Virus record (IMG/VR): IMGVR_UViG_3300023548_000002
Location: 9,460-73,459 of that record
DNA: 64,000 bases
Origin: a virus
Strand: one strand, 5' to 3'
Each line of letters starts with the position of its first letter. The stretch's first letter is position 1. A model generated the notes under the pieces. The model was not told where the DNA came from. It did not search any database and saw nothing but the letters and a program-made list of their open reading frames with translations. Positions 10,875-21,094 of this stretch are shown here, piece by piece. The position numbers and the translations under genes were made by a program.

Positions 10875-11560
10875 TGTTCTTGAATATTTTTATTTTGTGT
10901 ATCTACTCCATCTGTCTGAGTATCTACAGGTAGTTGTATTTGTCGTATAAATTTATTTATCACAATATCTTCAATGTAAGCAAACATCCAACTGTTCATT
11001 GGATATTCAGAATCAGGGGAAAAACATGGTAAATCTGTTCCACATTTTTTAAATTTACCCGCAGCTTTTGGGTCTTCAAATACTCCCTTTACATTGATGT
11101 ACTCTAATAGTGGATTATTAGTGATAATGTAAATCTTTGCATTATCATAAATAGCATATGATAAATTTCTTGTATATTTCCCCTGTCCTATATACGGTGC
11201 TCTTTCCCATGTAATAAGTGAATATTGTTTGTCTAATCTATCCACGGGTCCTACACGGGTAATAGCAGGCATATAGTGAAGTTCTATTGTTCTTGGGATA
11301 TTATCTTTTGTTTGTAATATATTACATCCTGAAGGAACATCGCAACATAATGAACTATCTACTGTTTCTAACTGTAAACATCCCAAATCTTGAATAATAT
11401 TTGGGTCAATAGTTCTCTTCTTATTAAGCTCATTACGTATTAATAAACTTCTCTGAAAAGCAATCTCAGCTTCTATCTCTCGCAGAGAGATTTCTGAATC
11501 CTTCGAGAGATACGGCTGAATCTTATCTAATATTGCGTATGTAAATTCGTTTAGTGTCAT
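10871..11560 (-). CDS. tail ring/structural protein
   Basis: QDLGCLQLE..CC and GVFEDP..C..YP motifs; synteny. Confidence 0.6.
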   Translation of the reverse strand: MTLNEFTYAILDKIQPYLSKDSEISLREIEAEIAFQRSLLIRNELNKKRTIDPNIIQDLGCLQLETVDSSLCCDVPSGCNILQTKDNIPRTIELHYMPAITRVGPVDRLDKQYSLITWERAPYIGQGKYTRNLSYAIYDNAKIYIITNNPLLEYINVKGVFEDPKAAGKFKKCGTDLPCFSPDSEYPMNSWMFAYIEDIVINKFIRQIQLPVDTQTDGVDTQNKNIQEQ

Positions 11561-11562
11561 AG

Positions 11563-12768
11563 TTAAAATATTACAGTAAGTCTATCAGTTTGTCCATATA
11601 TTGGATGATGAATAAATGCTTCTAATGCTTTCTTTTGTCCTAAATACCCAGAATTAGCATGCCAAGTATCTGTTCCACTTATACTACGAACATATTCAAC
11701 ATAAGTTCTATCCTCTTGCATAATATCTGCATGCTTCCCTAAAACTGTTACATCTGAGTATTCTTTTTCCAAATGATGTCTTTCTCCTCCTTTAATTTTT
11801 CTACGGTCCTTATGGTGTATATGATGTACATACCAATACCCTACTTTACTTGTTGCCCATGCTTGCTTAGCTTCTGTTTTCATTAAATCGGGTAGAGCTG
11901 ACCATTTGTTCCAATCTCCATGAGTAAATCCAATCATGTTTACTCCATACTTTACGTATTTTCTTATAGCAGGAGATACATCAAAACTTACATTTTTACT
12001 ATTAGTAAAGTATGCTTCTAATACATCTGCTAAAGCGAACCCCAAATGATAATCGTGATTACTTGGACAATATACTACGTGAGTATCTGCTACGCTTATA
12101 CACATCTCTATTATCTGCTTATACGCATCTTTTGCAATTCTAAATATCTCCCACCAAAATTTGTCTGTATCTTGTAGTGTTCCTGCTGTAGTGCTCTTTT
12201 TATTAGAATCGATGTGTAAAGCATCATTTCCTATTACTAAAATAATCTTTTCAATATTATGATTTTTTGCTTTACGTAATAACTTTTCTACTCCCGTAAG
12301 TAATCTTTCTACTGTAATATCAGTAGAGTTTTCTTCCCCTGTCATTTCCTTTCTCCCTACTTTGCCTATATGTGGGTCAGCAGGGTCAATGATAAGTAAA
12401 TGGGGTTCATCTAATGGCTGTCTCTCAATAATAGGAAAGTTTGGAGAATACTCTTTTAATTCTTGTTTAAGCTCTTCTCTTACTTCCGAGTAAGTAACAA
12501 TATCTTTTTTTAAGCGATAACTTCCTTTATCTGTCTTTATCCATGCAATATCCCATTTAGTGCTATCTATTCCTCTGTCATTTAATTCTTGGTCTATTTG
12601 AGACATTCCTCTGAGAACTCCCGCTACATAATCTCTTATAGCACCTGTACTGTTTTTCCTGCCTTCCATTTTAGCAATACGATATGCAAGTTTATTTACA
12701 CTGTAATTAAACTTTCTTGCATTTTCTTTAATATATTCAGCATACTTGCTGTATTTACTTTCCTTCAT
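11563..12768 (-). CDS. calcineurin-like metallophosphoesterase
   Basis: DPHIG, GND, SNHD, HGD and HIHH metal-binding motifs in the expected order. Confidence 0.75.
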   Translation of the reverse strand: MKESKYSKYAEYIKENARKFNYSVNKLAYRIAKMEGRKNSTGAIRDYVAGVLRGMSQIDQELNDRGIDSTKWDIAWIKTDKGSYRLKKDIVTYSEVREELKQELKEYSPNFPIIERQPLDEPHLLIIDPADPHIGKVGRKEMTGEENSTDITVERLLTGVEKLLRKAKNHNIEKIILVIGNDALHIDSNKKSTTAGTLQDTDKFWWEIFRIAKDAYKQIIEMCISVADTHVVYCPSNHDYHLGFALADVLEAYFTNSKNVSFDVSPAIRKYVKYGVNMIGFTHGDWNKWSALPDLMKTEAKQAWATSKVGYWYVHHIHHKDRRKIKGGERHHLEKEYSDVTVLGKHADIMQEDRTYVEYVRSISGTDTWHANSGYLGQKKALEAFIHHPIYGQTDRLTVIF

Positions 12769-13210
12769 ACGTAAATGGTTTATTTTCAATAACCAAAGTT
12801 ATTGAACTATTTTCATCTTCCAAAAGTTTTACCAAATCTTTTTCTGCCTTTGCACTTTCCCAAATCTTTAAGCTGTTAGTTTTATAGCCAACTAATATAC
12901 ATCCTGAAGTATCAAGTTCTGTGTTACCTCTATGTATTCTCACTCCACACCATTTAACTCCTTTTCCATGAACACATAAATCTTTTTTGTTGTATATCAA
13001 AGGTAATCTCCGTTTAAAATGCGGGGAATAAGTTACTTTTACTCTGTAAATACCGCTGGGAATAGCAGTCTTGTGCATTACTTTAACACCCTCAGCTCGT
13101 ATTTCATCTTCTAATGTATGACAAAAGAATTTACCATCAATATACAAATCTCCGATAACATTTCTATTATCTTCAATATTATAGGTATGTCGAATTATTT
13201 TAAGTTCCAT
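12755..13210 (-). CDS. DUF5675-like putative endolysin/peptidoglycan enzyme
   Basis: FCHTLED, TAIPSGIY, IHRGN..DTSGCILVG motifs (His/Cys, L,D-transpeptidase-like). Confidence 0.75.
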   Translation of the reverse strand: MELKIIRHTYNIEDNRNVIGDLYIDGKFFCHTLEDEIRAEGVKVMHKTAIPSGIYRVKVTYSPHFKRRLPLIYNKKDLCVHGKGVKWCGVRIHRGNTELDTSGCILVGYKTNSLKIWESAKAEKDLVKLLEDENSSITLVIENKPFTYEGK

Positions 13211-14109
13211 TATTGTAAAATTAATGTTCTGTAAGTGTCTTTATATCCTTGCATAAACATATTAATAATGTCTTCTTTGGTAAAATTTGTAATCGTTATC
13301 CTAAGCTCTTCTGAAGGACGTAAAACTAAATATGGGATTCTCTTATATCCACGTAATTTTAGCTCCGCATCGTCCATATTATTGATAAATTCCAACTGGT
13401 TTAAATCATTCTTTAATGTATTGTGAACGGATATATCCAATATTACGTCAAATAACTCTAAAAGGTTTTTAGTATTTGCCCAAGAAGTATTCATTTCCTC
13501 AGCATGGGTAGCAAGAATATACAATCTGTCAGCATCTAAATCAATAGCTTCCGAGACTCCTGCGTTATCTATTAAACCCCCATCATAATATTTTTCTCCT
13601 TCTATCTCTTTTATTGGCATTGTAAAAGGAATACGTGATGAGGCTATAATATGGTCTAATATTCTTTTATATGAGGTATTTCTATATTGTATCCTCCCTG
13701 TTTTTATATCTACGGCTCCTGCACTAAATGCTACAGGAGAAGAATTAAGAGTTTCTCTATCGAGAGTTTCATAAAGTAAATTATCTAATTTACTTGTTTC
13801 AACAAAACCATTAAATTTATTAAATGCTATTTCGTAAATCAATTTAATTATTGACTTTTTCTTTACTAAATCTTTAGGTGAATTAATGTTTTTAAACCAA
13901 AAGTCCATCATTTTTTTGATGGATTCCTTGTTGGTAAAATATCTCCTGAATTGGGTAAATAATGCCCCATTCAAACTCCCTACACTTATTCCTACTATCA
14001 TGTCAGGGTAAATACCGTTATCAATTAGGGCTTTCATTTGCCCTAATTGATATGCACCTTTAATGGAGCCTCCTCCTAATACAAATGCTATTTTATCTTT
14101 TTTTACCAT
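13210..14109 (-). CDS. patatin-like phospholipase
   Basis: GGGSIKG oxyanion motif, GISVG nucleophile elbow, DGG catalytic Asp. Confidence 0.9.
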   Translation of the reverse strand: MVKKDKIAFVLGGGSIKGAYQLGQMKALIDNGIYPDMIVGISVGSLNGALFTQFRRYFTNKESIKKMMDFWFKNINSPKDLVKKKSIIKLIYEIAFNKFNGFVETSKLDNLLYETLDRETLNSSPVAFSAGAVDIKTGRIQYRNTSYKRILDHIIASSRIPFTMPIKEIEGEKYYDGGLIDNAGVSEAIDLDADRLYILATHAEEMNTSWANTKNLLELFDVILDISVHNTLKNDLNQLEFINNMDDAELKLRGYKRIPYLVLRPSEELRITITNFTKEDIINMFMQGYKDTYRTLILQ

Positions 14110-14767
14110 AAGATAGTGTTTTAAAATAACCATTTAATTCTTTGAAACTTCTTACTCCATCAGATACTGTAAGCTCTACAGCCATAGCAAATATTTCTAA
14201 TACTGCTACCATTTTAGTATGATTGGATTGATAATACCCCGAGGTTAATGAGTTATCCACCCGAGAGTAAACAGCATTTAATGTATCATTATGCCATTTA
14301 TCAAATATTTCAATAACATGTTGTGCTTGCTCTCTACTTAATCCTTTATCAATAAATTGCTGTAATACTTGTGTATTATAGGTTACTACTATATCAGTAA
14401 TAAGGGATTTTGTTTTTGAAGTAAGTTCATCTTCCGAAATCTTTTTAATATTAGTTTCTTGTAAAAATTTATAAGTCTTCTCCTTAATTGCTGTAAGTTT
14501 AATACGAATGAAATCTCTGAATATCTCTGTTTTTACCTCTTCCCCTTCAAAATGAATTTGGAACAGCTTAATATTTACCAAGCGGTCTATCAATGCAAAT
14601 AAGTCGTGGTTAGTTAAATTCCCTTTTGACCCTAAAATTCCTGTCATAATATACATACTAATTTCCTCTTTGTAACGATAAAAGAAAAAAATAATTATCC
14701 CCACTATTCCTGCTAATGTTGGAGGAAGCATCTTTAAAAATTCTACTGTCTGTTCCATTTCATTCAT
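14093..14767 (-). CDS. putative holin/membrane protein
   Basis: single N-terminal TM (LAGIVGIIIFFFY) inside the lysis cassette. Confidence 0.4.
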   Translation of the reverse strand: MNEMEQTVEFLKMLPPTLAGIVGIIIFFFYRYKEEISMYIMTGILGSKGNLTNHDLFALIDRLVNIKLFQIHFEGEEVKTEIFRDFIRIKLTAIKEKTYKFLQETNIKKISEDELTSKTKSLITDIVVTYNTQVLQQFIDKGLSREQAQHVIEIFDKWHNDTLNAVYSRVDNSLTSGYYQSNHTKMVAVLEIFAMAVELTVSDGVRSFKELNGYFKTLSYGKKR

Positions 14768-15324
14768 TTTATTTTTATCATCAAGGTTATTGAAGGTTGT
14801 TTTGTAATTAAATTGTAAGATAACCCTGTTATTCTATTCTTTTTCTTATACATTAGTGTCGGAGAAAGAATATTATATCCTATCTCTACTCCACCAAATA
14901 TATTAATTTTTTTTAACTTACTCTTAGTTTTTAAAGTATAATTTAAAGTTTGGTCATAAATGTTACCATCTGTAAGTGTAATTATACTTCCTGCAATACT
15001 GTCATCTTCATACAATCTAATGTGTTTAGATGCTTTAATATATTTTGTAGAGTCTTTCATTGTTATTCTTACTGTATCTACTCTTCCTGTATCTCTGTAA
15101 ATGATAGTGTCTTTGTATTTAGTAATTATTTTTACAGATAGAGAGTCCTTAATCTTTTTTTTGTACTCCTCATAAGGGAGAAGTACAAGAGTAGTATTAT
15201 TATCTTTGGTAGATATTATTTTCTCTTTTTGTGGGGGTGTTTCTCCTGAAGGAGATTTTTTATTACATAATAACAAAAAGAGAATTATTCCTATTAAAAT
15301 AATATTTAATCCTTTACTAATCAC
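14764..15324 (-). CDS. putative spanin-like envelope protein
   Basis: hydrophobic signal ending LLLC, DT-rich stalk, C-terminal amphipathic beta strands. Confidence 0.45.
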   Translation of the reverse strand: MISKGLNIILIGIILFLLLCNKKSPSGETPPQKEKIISTKDNNTTLVLLPYEEYKKKIKDSLSVKIITKYKDTIIYRDTGRVDTVRITMKDSTKYIKASKHIRLYEDDSIAGSIITLTDGNIYDQTLNYTLKTKSKLKKINIFGGVEIGYNILSPTLMYKKKNRITGLSYNLITKQPSITLMIKIK

Positions 15325-15598
15325 GTTTTCTTCTTCCGTGTTTCTTTTTCTTTACTTTTGAATTATCAAAGGTCTTTTTAGTGCTTTCAAATCTTATATT
15401 ATGCTTTTCTCTAAATTGAAAAGATAACGCCTCCTTTATTCCTGCAACTTTTACATTTATCTCAAATGTAGCGTAGTCGCAATAAGCATCTTCGACTTCA
15501 TAATAATTGCCGTCCTCGAGTTGTATTTCCATTCCTATTAACTTACCTCTGTTCAGTAAGTCCACAATATCCATTTTGTCTTTGTAAACGTATGCCAT
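15317..15598 (-). CDS. hypothetical protein
   Basis: 93-aa ORF tightly packed in the operon. Confidence 0.6.
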   Translation of the reverse strand: MAYVYKDKMDIVDLLNRGKLIGMEIQLEDGNYYEVEDAYCDYATFEINVKVAGIKEALSFQFREKHNIRFESTKKTFDNSKVKKKKHGRRKRD

Positions 15599-15603
15599 AG
15601 TAT

Positions 15604-16308
15604 TTACATTTTAATGTATTGTCCGTTATAAGTTTGTCTTAATAACCAATCATTTAATTGTTGACTAAAAGCTGCTCTTGCTGCTGCTGCGGTTCCATAC
15701 GCCATTACTACTTCGGGTAATATAGTATATTTGTTTAATCCTGTTGTAGTACTACTTGCGTATCCACCTGTATTGTCAATAAAATCCATTAACCCATCTG
15801 ACTTATCTCCATAAGAAGTTCCTAAATACACTTTTTCTTTATATAAGTTGAAAAAGTTCGTTGTAGCGTTTAATAAACCATCTGCTTCTATTTCATCCAA
15901 GAACGAGTAAACAATGGTTATTATTCTATGATTATCCGCTCTAAATCTCGCAATAGGCTGTTTTTTCTCAACAGACCTTGCTACATTTTCAAGCCAAAAC
16001 ATTTGAGTCTCTTGTTGTGTCATTCCCTTAACATTCATTAAATACGGGATAACTTCTGTTACGACGTCTCCAACTCTGTACTTAATTAAAATATCTTTCT
16101 CCTCATCCTTAAAACTTGCCCAACCACTTAAAGTGTACAAATCTTGCAACCTATCTTGTGTAGTCCAAAAATCAATAACATTATCTACAACCAAATCCCA
16201 ATACGCAGGATTTCCACTGCGGTCTATGTATGCGTTTGGATTTGCTGCGTAAACTGAATCTTTGATGTATTGGTATGTATCTGTAGCTATTTCTTTTACT
16301 AATTTCAT
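15604..16308 (-). CDS. hypothetical protein (tail-associated)
   Basis: 234-aa ORF packed in the operon after a tail fibre gene. Confidence 0.55.
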   Translation of the reverse strand: MKLVKEIATDTYQYIKDSVYAANPNAYIDRSGNPAYWDLVVDNVIDFWTTQDRLQDLYTLSGWASFKDEEKDILIKYRVGDVVTEVIPYLMNVKGMTQQETQMFWLENVARSVEKKQPIARFRADNHRIITIVYSFLDEIEADGLLNATTNFFNLYKEKVYLGTSYGDKSDGLMDFIDNTGGYASSTTTGLNKYTILPEVVMAYGTAAAARAAFSQQLNDWLLRQTYNGQYIKM

Positions 16309-16310
16309 TG

Positions 16311-17246
16311 TTAAACGGGTTTATATAAAAATTGTATCTTGTCCACTATCCAGCTTGGAAACGCCCCAATACTACCATCATTTCTAAATGACCAAATAAA
16401 TCGTTTTGTTTGTCCTGACAGGTCTCCTAAATTTATTATTTCATTAACAAAAGTCGATTGATTATTATATTGAGACTTTCCTATTTGATAAGTGCTACTT
16501 ACAAGAACGCCCGCAGCTGGCATAACTGTTATTGGAGCCATATAAAGCCTTCCATAGTCAAAATTAAACTCCATTTCCCCTTTCCAAAACATTCTTAGTT
16601 CATTGTATGTGGCTATTGCTGGAAATGTTATGTCAATCCAGATATGAGAAATATTTGGAGTATTTACATCGTATTGTGGGTTTATTCCATCATTGGAAAT
16701 ATAGGCAGAAAAATTACCTTCATATTTATCCGCACTGCCAACTATCCATTGGTTAATAGTATCATTAGCGACTTGCCAACCGTTTGTTAAGAAATCTCCA
16801 CTATCCCATTTTTCCTCGAACAATATAGCGAGTATTTCGGTTCCAGTAGTTAAATCAACCCATTTTCCTCCTTTATAAACACCCCATAATAATTGGTCTT
16901 CTACCCAAACTGTTTCGCCTTCTTGCATAGTAGTAAATGTGAACAAATCAATACTCTTTGCGCTTGCAAAATGTCCTCCAACGCGACCTTCGAGAACACC
17001 GTTTATCTTTACACCCTTTACTCTTAGTTTCCAATCTATACCTGTTATTGGGTTGGTATTTGTTGATATTATTTCTGCTTGCGAGGTTAAACTGATAAGT
17101 TGAGTATTTAATGGAATATCTATTAACCCCGCACCAATATCTATTTGTGTAGTTAGCTGATAAATAGAATTATCCAATAATGAAGCAGGTAAGTCTGCTA
17201 TATTATTGATATAATATATATTATATGGTTTCTGCGGTATTGCCAT
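16311..17246 (-). CDS. tail fibre/receptor-binding protein with MAM/adhesin-like beta-sandwich
   Basis: C-terminal domain (LFEEKWDSG..NQWIVG..SAYISNDG..WSFRNDGSIG..VDKI) resembles Bacteroidota surface-protein jelly-roll domains. Confidence 0.5.
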   Translation of the reverse strand: MAIPQKPYNIYYINNIADLPASLLDNSIYQLTTQIDIGAGLIDIPLNTQLISLTSQAEIISTNTNPITGIDWKLRVKGVKINGVLEGRVGGHFASAKSIDLFTFTTMQEGETVWVEDQLLWGVYKGGKWVDLTTGTEILAILFEEKWDSGDFLTNGWQVANDTINQWIVGSADKYEGNFSAYISNDGINPQYDVNTPNISHIWIDITFPAIATYNELRMFWKGEMEFNFDYGRLYMAPITVMPAAGVLVSSTYQIGKSQYNNQSTFVNEIINLGDLSGQTKRFIWSFRNDGSIGAFPSWIVDKIQFLYKPV

Positions 17247-17248
17247 AA

Positions 17249-17620
17249 TTAACTATTTAATAATTCATCCACTCTACCTATAATAATAGTAGAGTTATAT
17301 AATTTTTGCACTGTATTATTTAATAATTGTGCCTCTTCCAAAGATATTTCTACTTTTCCTCCTTTGTAAATCTTATTTAGTAATTTCCATTTTAATAGTT
17401 TTGTTTTACTATCATCTTTTTCATCAGCAATTACCAATATTTGCTCAAACACATCTTTGAAAGTCATTTCTTGACCTGTATTAATTTTGACTAATAATGG
17501 CTTACCTTCCTCTGTTAATAATGGTTGCTTTGTCTCCTTGTCATGCAAAGCAACTTCTTTTTCTTTGAATAAAGGCTTTTCGTCTAACCCTAAAATTACT
17601 TTTGATACGTCAATTTTCAT
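17249..17620 (-). CDS. putative tail fibre assembly chaperone
   Basis: KLLKWKLLNKIY..EISLEEAQLL pattern; adjacent to fibre genes. Confidence 0.4.
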   Translation of the reverse strand: MKIDVSKVILGLDEKPLFKEKEVALHDKETKQPLLTEEGKPLLVKINTGQEMTFKDVFEQILVIADEKDDSKTKLLKWKLLNKIYKGGKVEISLEEAQLLNNTVQKLYNSTIIIGRVDELLNS

Positions 17621-17621
17621 A

Positions 17622-18044
17622 TTACAATAGATTTATAATTTCTAATTCATCTCTTGTTTTTATCCCAAATAATTGATATTGAGTCACTAATTCAATAGTT
17701 CCTTCCATTAACAGTTTTTGCTCTTGTTCTACAAACGTCATTGTTATAGGGTCAATCAATCTCTTACTGACTAAACTATCATATACCGCAGAATAAGTTG
17801 CAGTGTCCATTATAGATAATGAGTCTTGTGGATTTACAGGAAGTGTGTCTCCTAATTGATATCCTAATAAAGTTTTTCCATTAGTATCAAATACTTCTAT
17901 TAATTTATAAACTGAAATTTTTGATTTATATACCCCATCTGAATACTGAACTTTGTGAGGTATAAATCCCAAATAATCTGTGTGATTTGGATAAGCAAGA
18001 TTACTTACTATTTTATTTACTGTTTTTACTGTTTGTGTTGCCAT
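17622..18044 (-). CDS. hypothetical protein
   Basis: 140-aa ORF with an upstream TAACTTTG promoter motif. Confidence 0.55.
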   Translation of the reverse strand: MATQTVKTVNKIVSNLAYPNHTDYLGFIPHKVQYSDGVYKSKISVYKLIEVFDTNGKTLLGYQLGDTLPVNPQDSLSIMDTATYSAVYDSLVSKRLIDPITMTFVEQEQKLLMEGTIELVTQYQLFGIKTRDELEIINLL

Positions 18045-18059
18045 TATTTAATTTTTTAT

Positions 18060-18067
18060 CAAAGTTA
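18060..18067 (-). promoter_or_regulatory. Bacteroidota-type -7 promoter element
   Basis: TAACTTTG on minus strand in the intergenic gap upstream of 18044. Confidence 0.5.
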
Positions 18068-18076
18068 ATAATATTT

Positions 18077-19876
18077 TTATAATGTTTTTGATACGTTTAT
18101 TACACCATTTATCAAAGTTATCCTATGACGTGTTCCTAATGCTTCATCTGTCATAATAATACCTTTACCATTTGTACCTGATTGTAATAATTCTAAATCT
18201 CCGTCAAGTGTCAGTTTTATCAAATCAATATTTGATACAGGTATAGTATTATGAGTAATTACATTGCTTAAATACAGAGCTGCGCCATCAACTCCAAGTG
18301 TAGTGTCATATCTATTTTGAAGTTCAAATTGATTTCTAACAAGTGTATTAGTTGTACCTATAACTTTAAATTCAGCACTTTGTAATTTTATTGAATAAGA
18401 ATTACCTTTATCTCCTATTGTAGTATAATTACTTGCTAAAAATTCTCTACGTGTAAGGATATTACCTGCTACATCTAAATGGTCTTCTATATTTATAGAA
18501 GACCCTCCCCAAGTATTGCTATTACCATTAACGAACACCTTTCCAATCATATCAATAGTAAATTGATTTATGTTACTATTATTTCTAAATTCAAATCTTC
18601 TTGATGATTGAATACCGTTAAACAAACTACTTAAACCAAAATACATCTCTCTTGTTCCTCCTTTATAGAAATCTATTCTTGCTTGTGAATTTGTAGAATG
18701 GTACAATGCAACTGTTCCAATTCCGCCTATCACAAAACTATGGTTCAACCCCCAATTACTTAATCCACCAATAGTAACAATATCATACGTAGATCTTCTT
18801 AAAGTATTTATTAAATAAGGAGTTACATCCGTATCAACTCTAAATGGTTTTTCTGTAACTTCACTTCTAATATGTAAACGAGCTAAGGGAGTTAAGTTAT
18901 CACCGATTGAGGTTCTCCCATCGTTGTAGATTTTAAATAAATTATTAGTATCATTTCCTATACCATAATAATAGCTACCGTCGGTATTTACAATGTTTTG
19001 TCTTGTTATTATCTTTCTTTCTGCCGACGAGCCGTTCCACCACCAACCAATTAAGTTCTCTTTCCAAGAGTGTGCATTTATCAAACTACCGCTTACAATA
19101 TCGTTTACTGTAATACCTGCTGTAGAATGTGATATTTCTTTTGTAATAAAATCATATCTCATTCTTTCTGCACCTAAAATTCTGTGTCCTTGTTCATAAT
19201 GAATAATAGCATCTCCTAACTCATTGTCTTCAAAATTCATTAATGAACTGTTAATAGTGCGGTGCCCAATAACTTTTATACTGCCTGTATAACCAAGGTA
19301 ACTCTTACCTTTAATATGTAGTTCTCTGCTTTCAGTAGATATTGTTTGAGCGGCACTAAAAAATATCCTCTGTCCAGTATATCCATATATACTTATGTCT
19401 TTGCTTCCTACATAAACATTGTCATCGCTGCCAATTCTGAATACATTATTAGAAGTGTCTGTATCGACTCTTAATGGGTCTTCTTCTACTCCGCCTCTAA
19501 TGTGGAGCTTTGCTTGTGCAGAAATTGTGTTGGCAGATAGTATCATTTTCCCACTTCTAACATACACATCCCCATTATCAACATGCACTTGATAATTTGG
19601 ATTTAACACACCACCAATACCTATATTTCCATTATCGGTAACAATTATTTTGTCGGAAACTTCCCAAGTACCATTTGTGTTATTCCAACGTAATATTTCG
19701 CCTTGTTGTGTTCCCTGTATTAAATCAGATAAAGAATCGGGAATATTAGAAATATTAAGATGTTCCTCGGTGAATTTTAAAAAATCCCGAAGAAACATTC
19801 TTGTAGAAATTCTGTTATAAATAACATCTATTTCGTCCTCTAATTTTAGTCCTTTTATAATTCTATTGTTAGCCAT
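18077..19876 (-). CDS. tail fibre protein
   Basis: 599 aa, Gly/Asn-rich; GNIGIG shaft motif and internal repeat LHIRGGVEEDPLRVDTD / LHIRSEVTEKPFRVDTD. Confidence 0.7.
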   Translation of the reverse strand: MANNRIIKGLKLEDEIDVIYNRISTRMFLRDFLKFTEEHLNISNIPDSLSDLIQGTQQGEILRWNNTNGTWEVSDKIIVTDNGNIGIGGVLNPNYQVHVDNGDVYVRSGKMILSANTISAQAKLHIRGGVEEDPLRVDTDTSNNVFRIGSDDNVYVGSKDISIYGYTGQRIFFSAAQTISTESRELHIKGKSYLGYTGSIKVIGHRTINSSLMNFEDNELGDAIIHYEQGHRILGAERMRYDFITKEISHSTAGITVNDIVSGSLINAHSWKENLIGWWWNGSSAERKIITRQNIVNTDGSYYYGIGNDTNNLFKIYNDGRTSIGDNLTPLARLHIRSEVTEKPFRVDTDVTPYLINTLRRSTYDIVTIGGLSNWGLNHSFVIGGIGTVALYHSTNSQARIDFYKGGTREMYFGLSSLFNGIQSSRRFEFRNNSNINQFTIDMIGKVFVNGNSNTWGGSSINIEDHLDVAGNILTRREFLASNYTTIGDKGNSYSIKLQSAEFKVIGTTNTLVRNQFELQNRYDTTLGVDGAALYLSNVITHNTIPVSNIDLIKLTLDGDLELLQSGTNGKGIIMTDEALGTRHRITLINGVINVSKTL

Positions 19877-20087
19877 TTATTGTAATTTTATTGTATAACT
19901 CACATAATTGAGTATCTGTTAAGCATTGCCCACAATATTGGTTCTCTAAAATAATATCAAAAAGAATCTGTCTTAACAATAATTTTTTTTTACATATCTT
20001 TTTACCAATAAGCATTTTACTTACTTCATCTTGTGCTTTCTTTTGAGTGAAGCACATTAGTTTTAATATTTGGTCATCTGTAAACAT
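19869..20087 (-). CDS. small Cys-rich tail-associated protein
   Basis: 72 aa, coupled to both neighbours. Confidence 0.5.
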   Translation of the reverse strand: MFTDDQILKLMCFTQKKAQDEVSKMLIGKKICKKKLLLRQILFDIILENQYCGQCLTDTQLCELYNKITING

Positions 20088-21094
20088 TATAAACTTATTA
20101 CCGAATACATTAAGTAAATATCTATTGTCCCGTCCCCTTTGCTAAAGTTAGCATTTGCTGTTAGTTCAACGGATTCTCCTGGAGTATAGGTAACTTCTGC
20201 TAATTCCTTCATCTTTGCCATTATTGTTATTGAAGAACTTACTATAATATTACGTATTGATAGGTTTGGGGAAGAACTGCTGGGATATTGTATATATAAT
20301 AAATTTGCGTCAAAAGCTATTGCTCCTGGATTAACTTTTATCTCAGCACCAATAAGTTTATAATGATTCCCTGCAGGGGGAGTTGATAATAGTGTAAGGG
20401 GGGAAGTAGCAATAGTTCCTAATTCTGTTAAAGATATTGTCTTTTTAACTATCTGATATTCTTGTGGAGTATAAGCTAATTTATCTAAAGTTACTGCTCC
20501 TGGAGCTATCTGGAAATACCCAGGGGAAGGCATTGTTAAGTCTCCAATAACACTATAAAAATTAGTATTATTTCCAAAACTTACAAGGATACTGTTACCC
20601 TTTGCAGGAGCAATGGTAATATTGTCAATCCCATTATTAGTGATTAATCCTCCCTGGGGTAATGAGAAAATATTTGACAAACGTAAAGTTCCAGGTATCC
20701 CTGCATTTCCTAAATCTAAAGTTCCTGCCACAATATTACCACCGTTAATATTACCTCCACAACAAAAATAATTTATATTTATTTTCCAAGCACCATTTAC
20801 ATAAACACAGGTAATATAACTTAATTCAGTCATTTCTGTTGTGGAAAGCTGTCTTCCAAAAACATAAATATTAAATGTATTACTTGTTGTAACAAAAGGT
20901 TCTAAAATAATATTATATTTATAACCATCTTTATAAGTTATTGTAGAATCAGGGTTAATATATAAATTTGTGGAAAGAGATAAAGGATTAGGAGTATTTA
21001 TGTAATATATTTCTATATCTCCATTTCCTGGTAATTCTATTACGGAATTAGTATTATCTATGGTTTCCTTATAAATATTTGGTAATTTAGCCAT
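20087..21094 (-). CDS. tail fibre/spike protein
   Basis: IAPGAVTLDKL beta-helix-type repeat; beta-rich C-terminal domain. Confidence 0.55.
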   Translation of the reverse strand: MAKLPNIYKETIDNTNSVIELPGNGDIEIYYINTPNPLSLSTNLYINPDSTITYKDGYKYNIILEPFVTTSNTFNIYVFGRQLSTTEMTELSYITCVYVNGAWKININYFCCGGNINGGNIVAGTLDLGNAGIPGTLRLSNIFSLPQGGLITNNGIDNITIAPAKGNSILVSFGNNTNFYSVIGDLTMPSPGYFQIAPGAVTLDKLAYTPQEYQIVKKTISLTELGTIATSPLTLLSTPPAGNHYKLIGAEIKVNPGAIAFDANLLYIQYPSSSSPNLSIRNIIVSSSITIMAKMKELAEVTYTPGESVELTANANFSKGDGTIDIYLMYSVISL

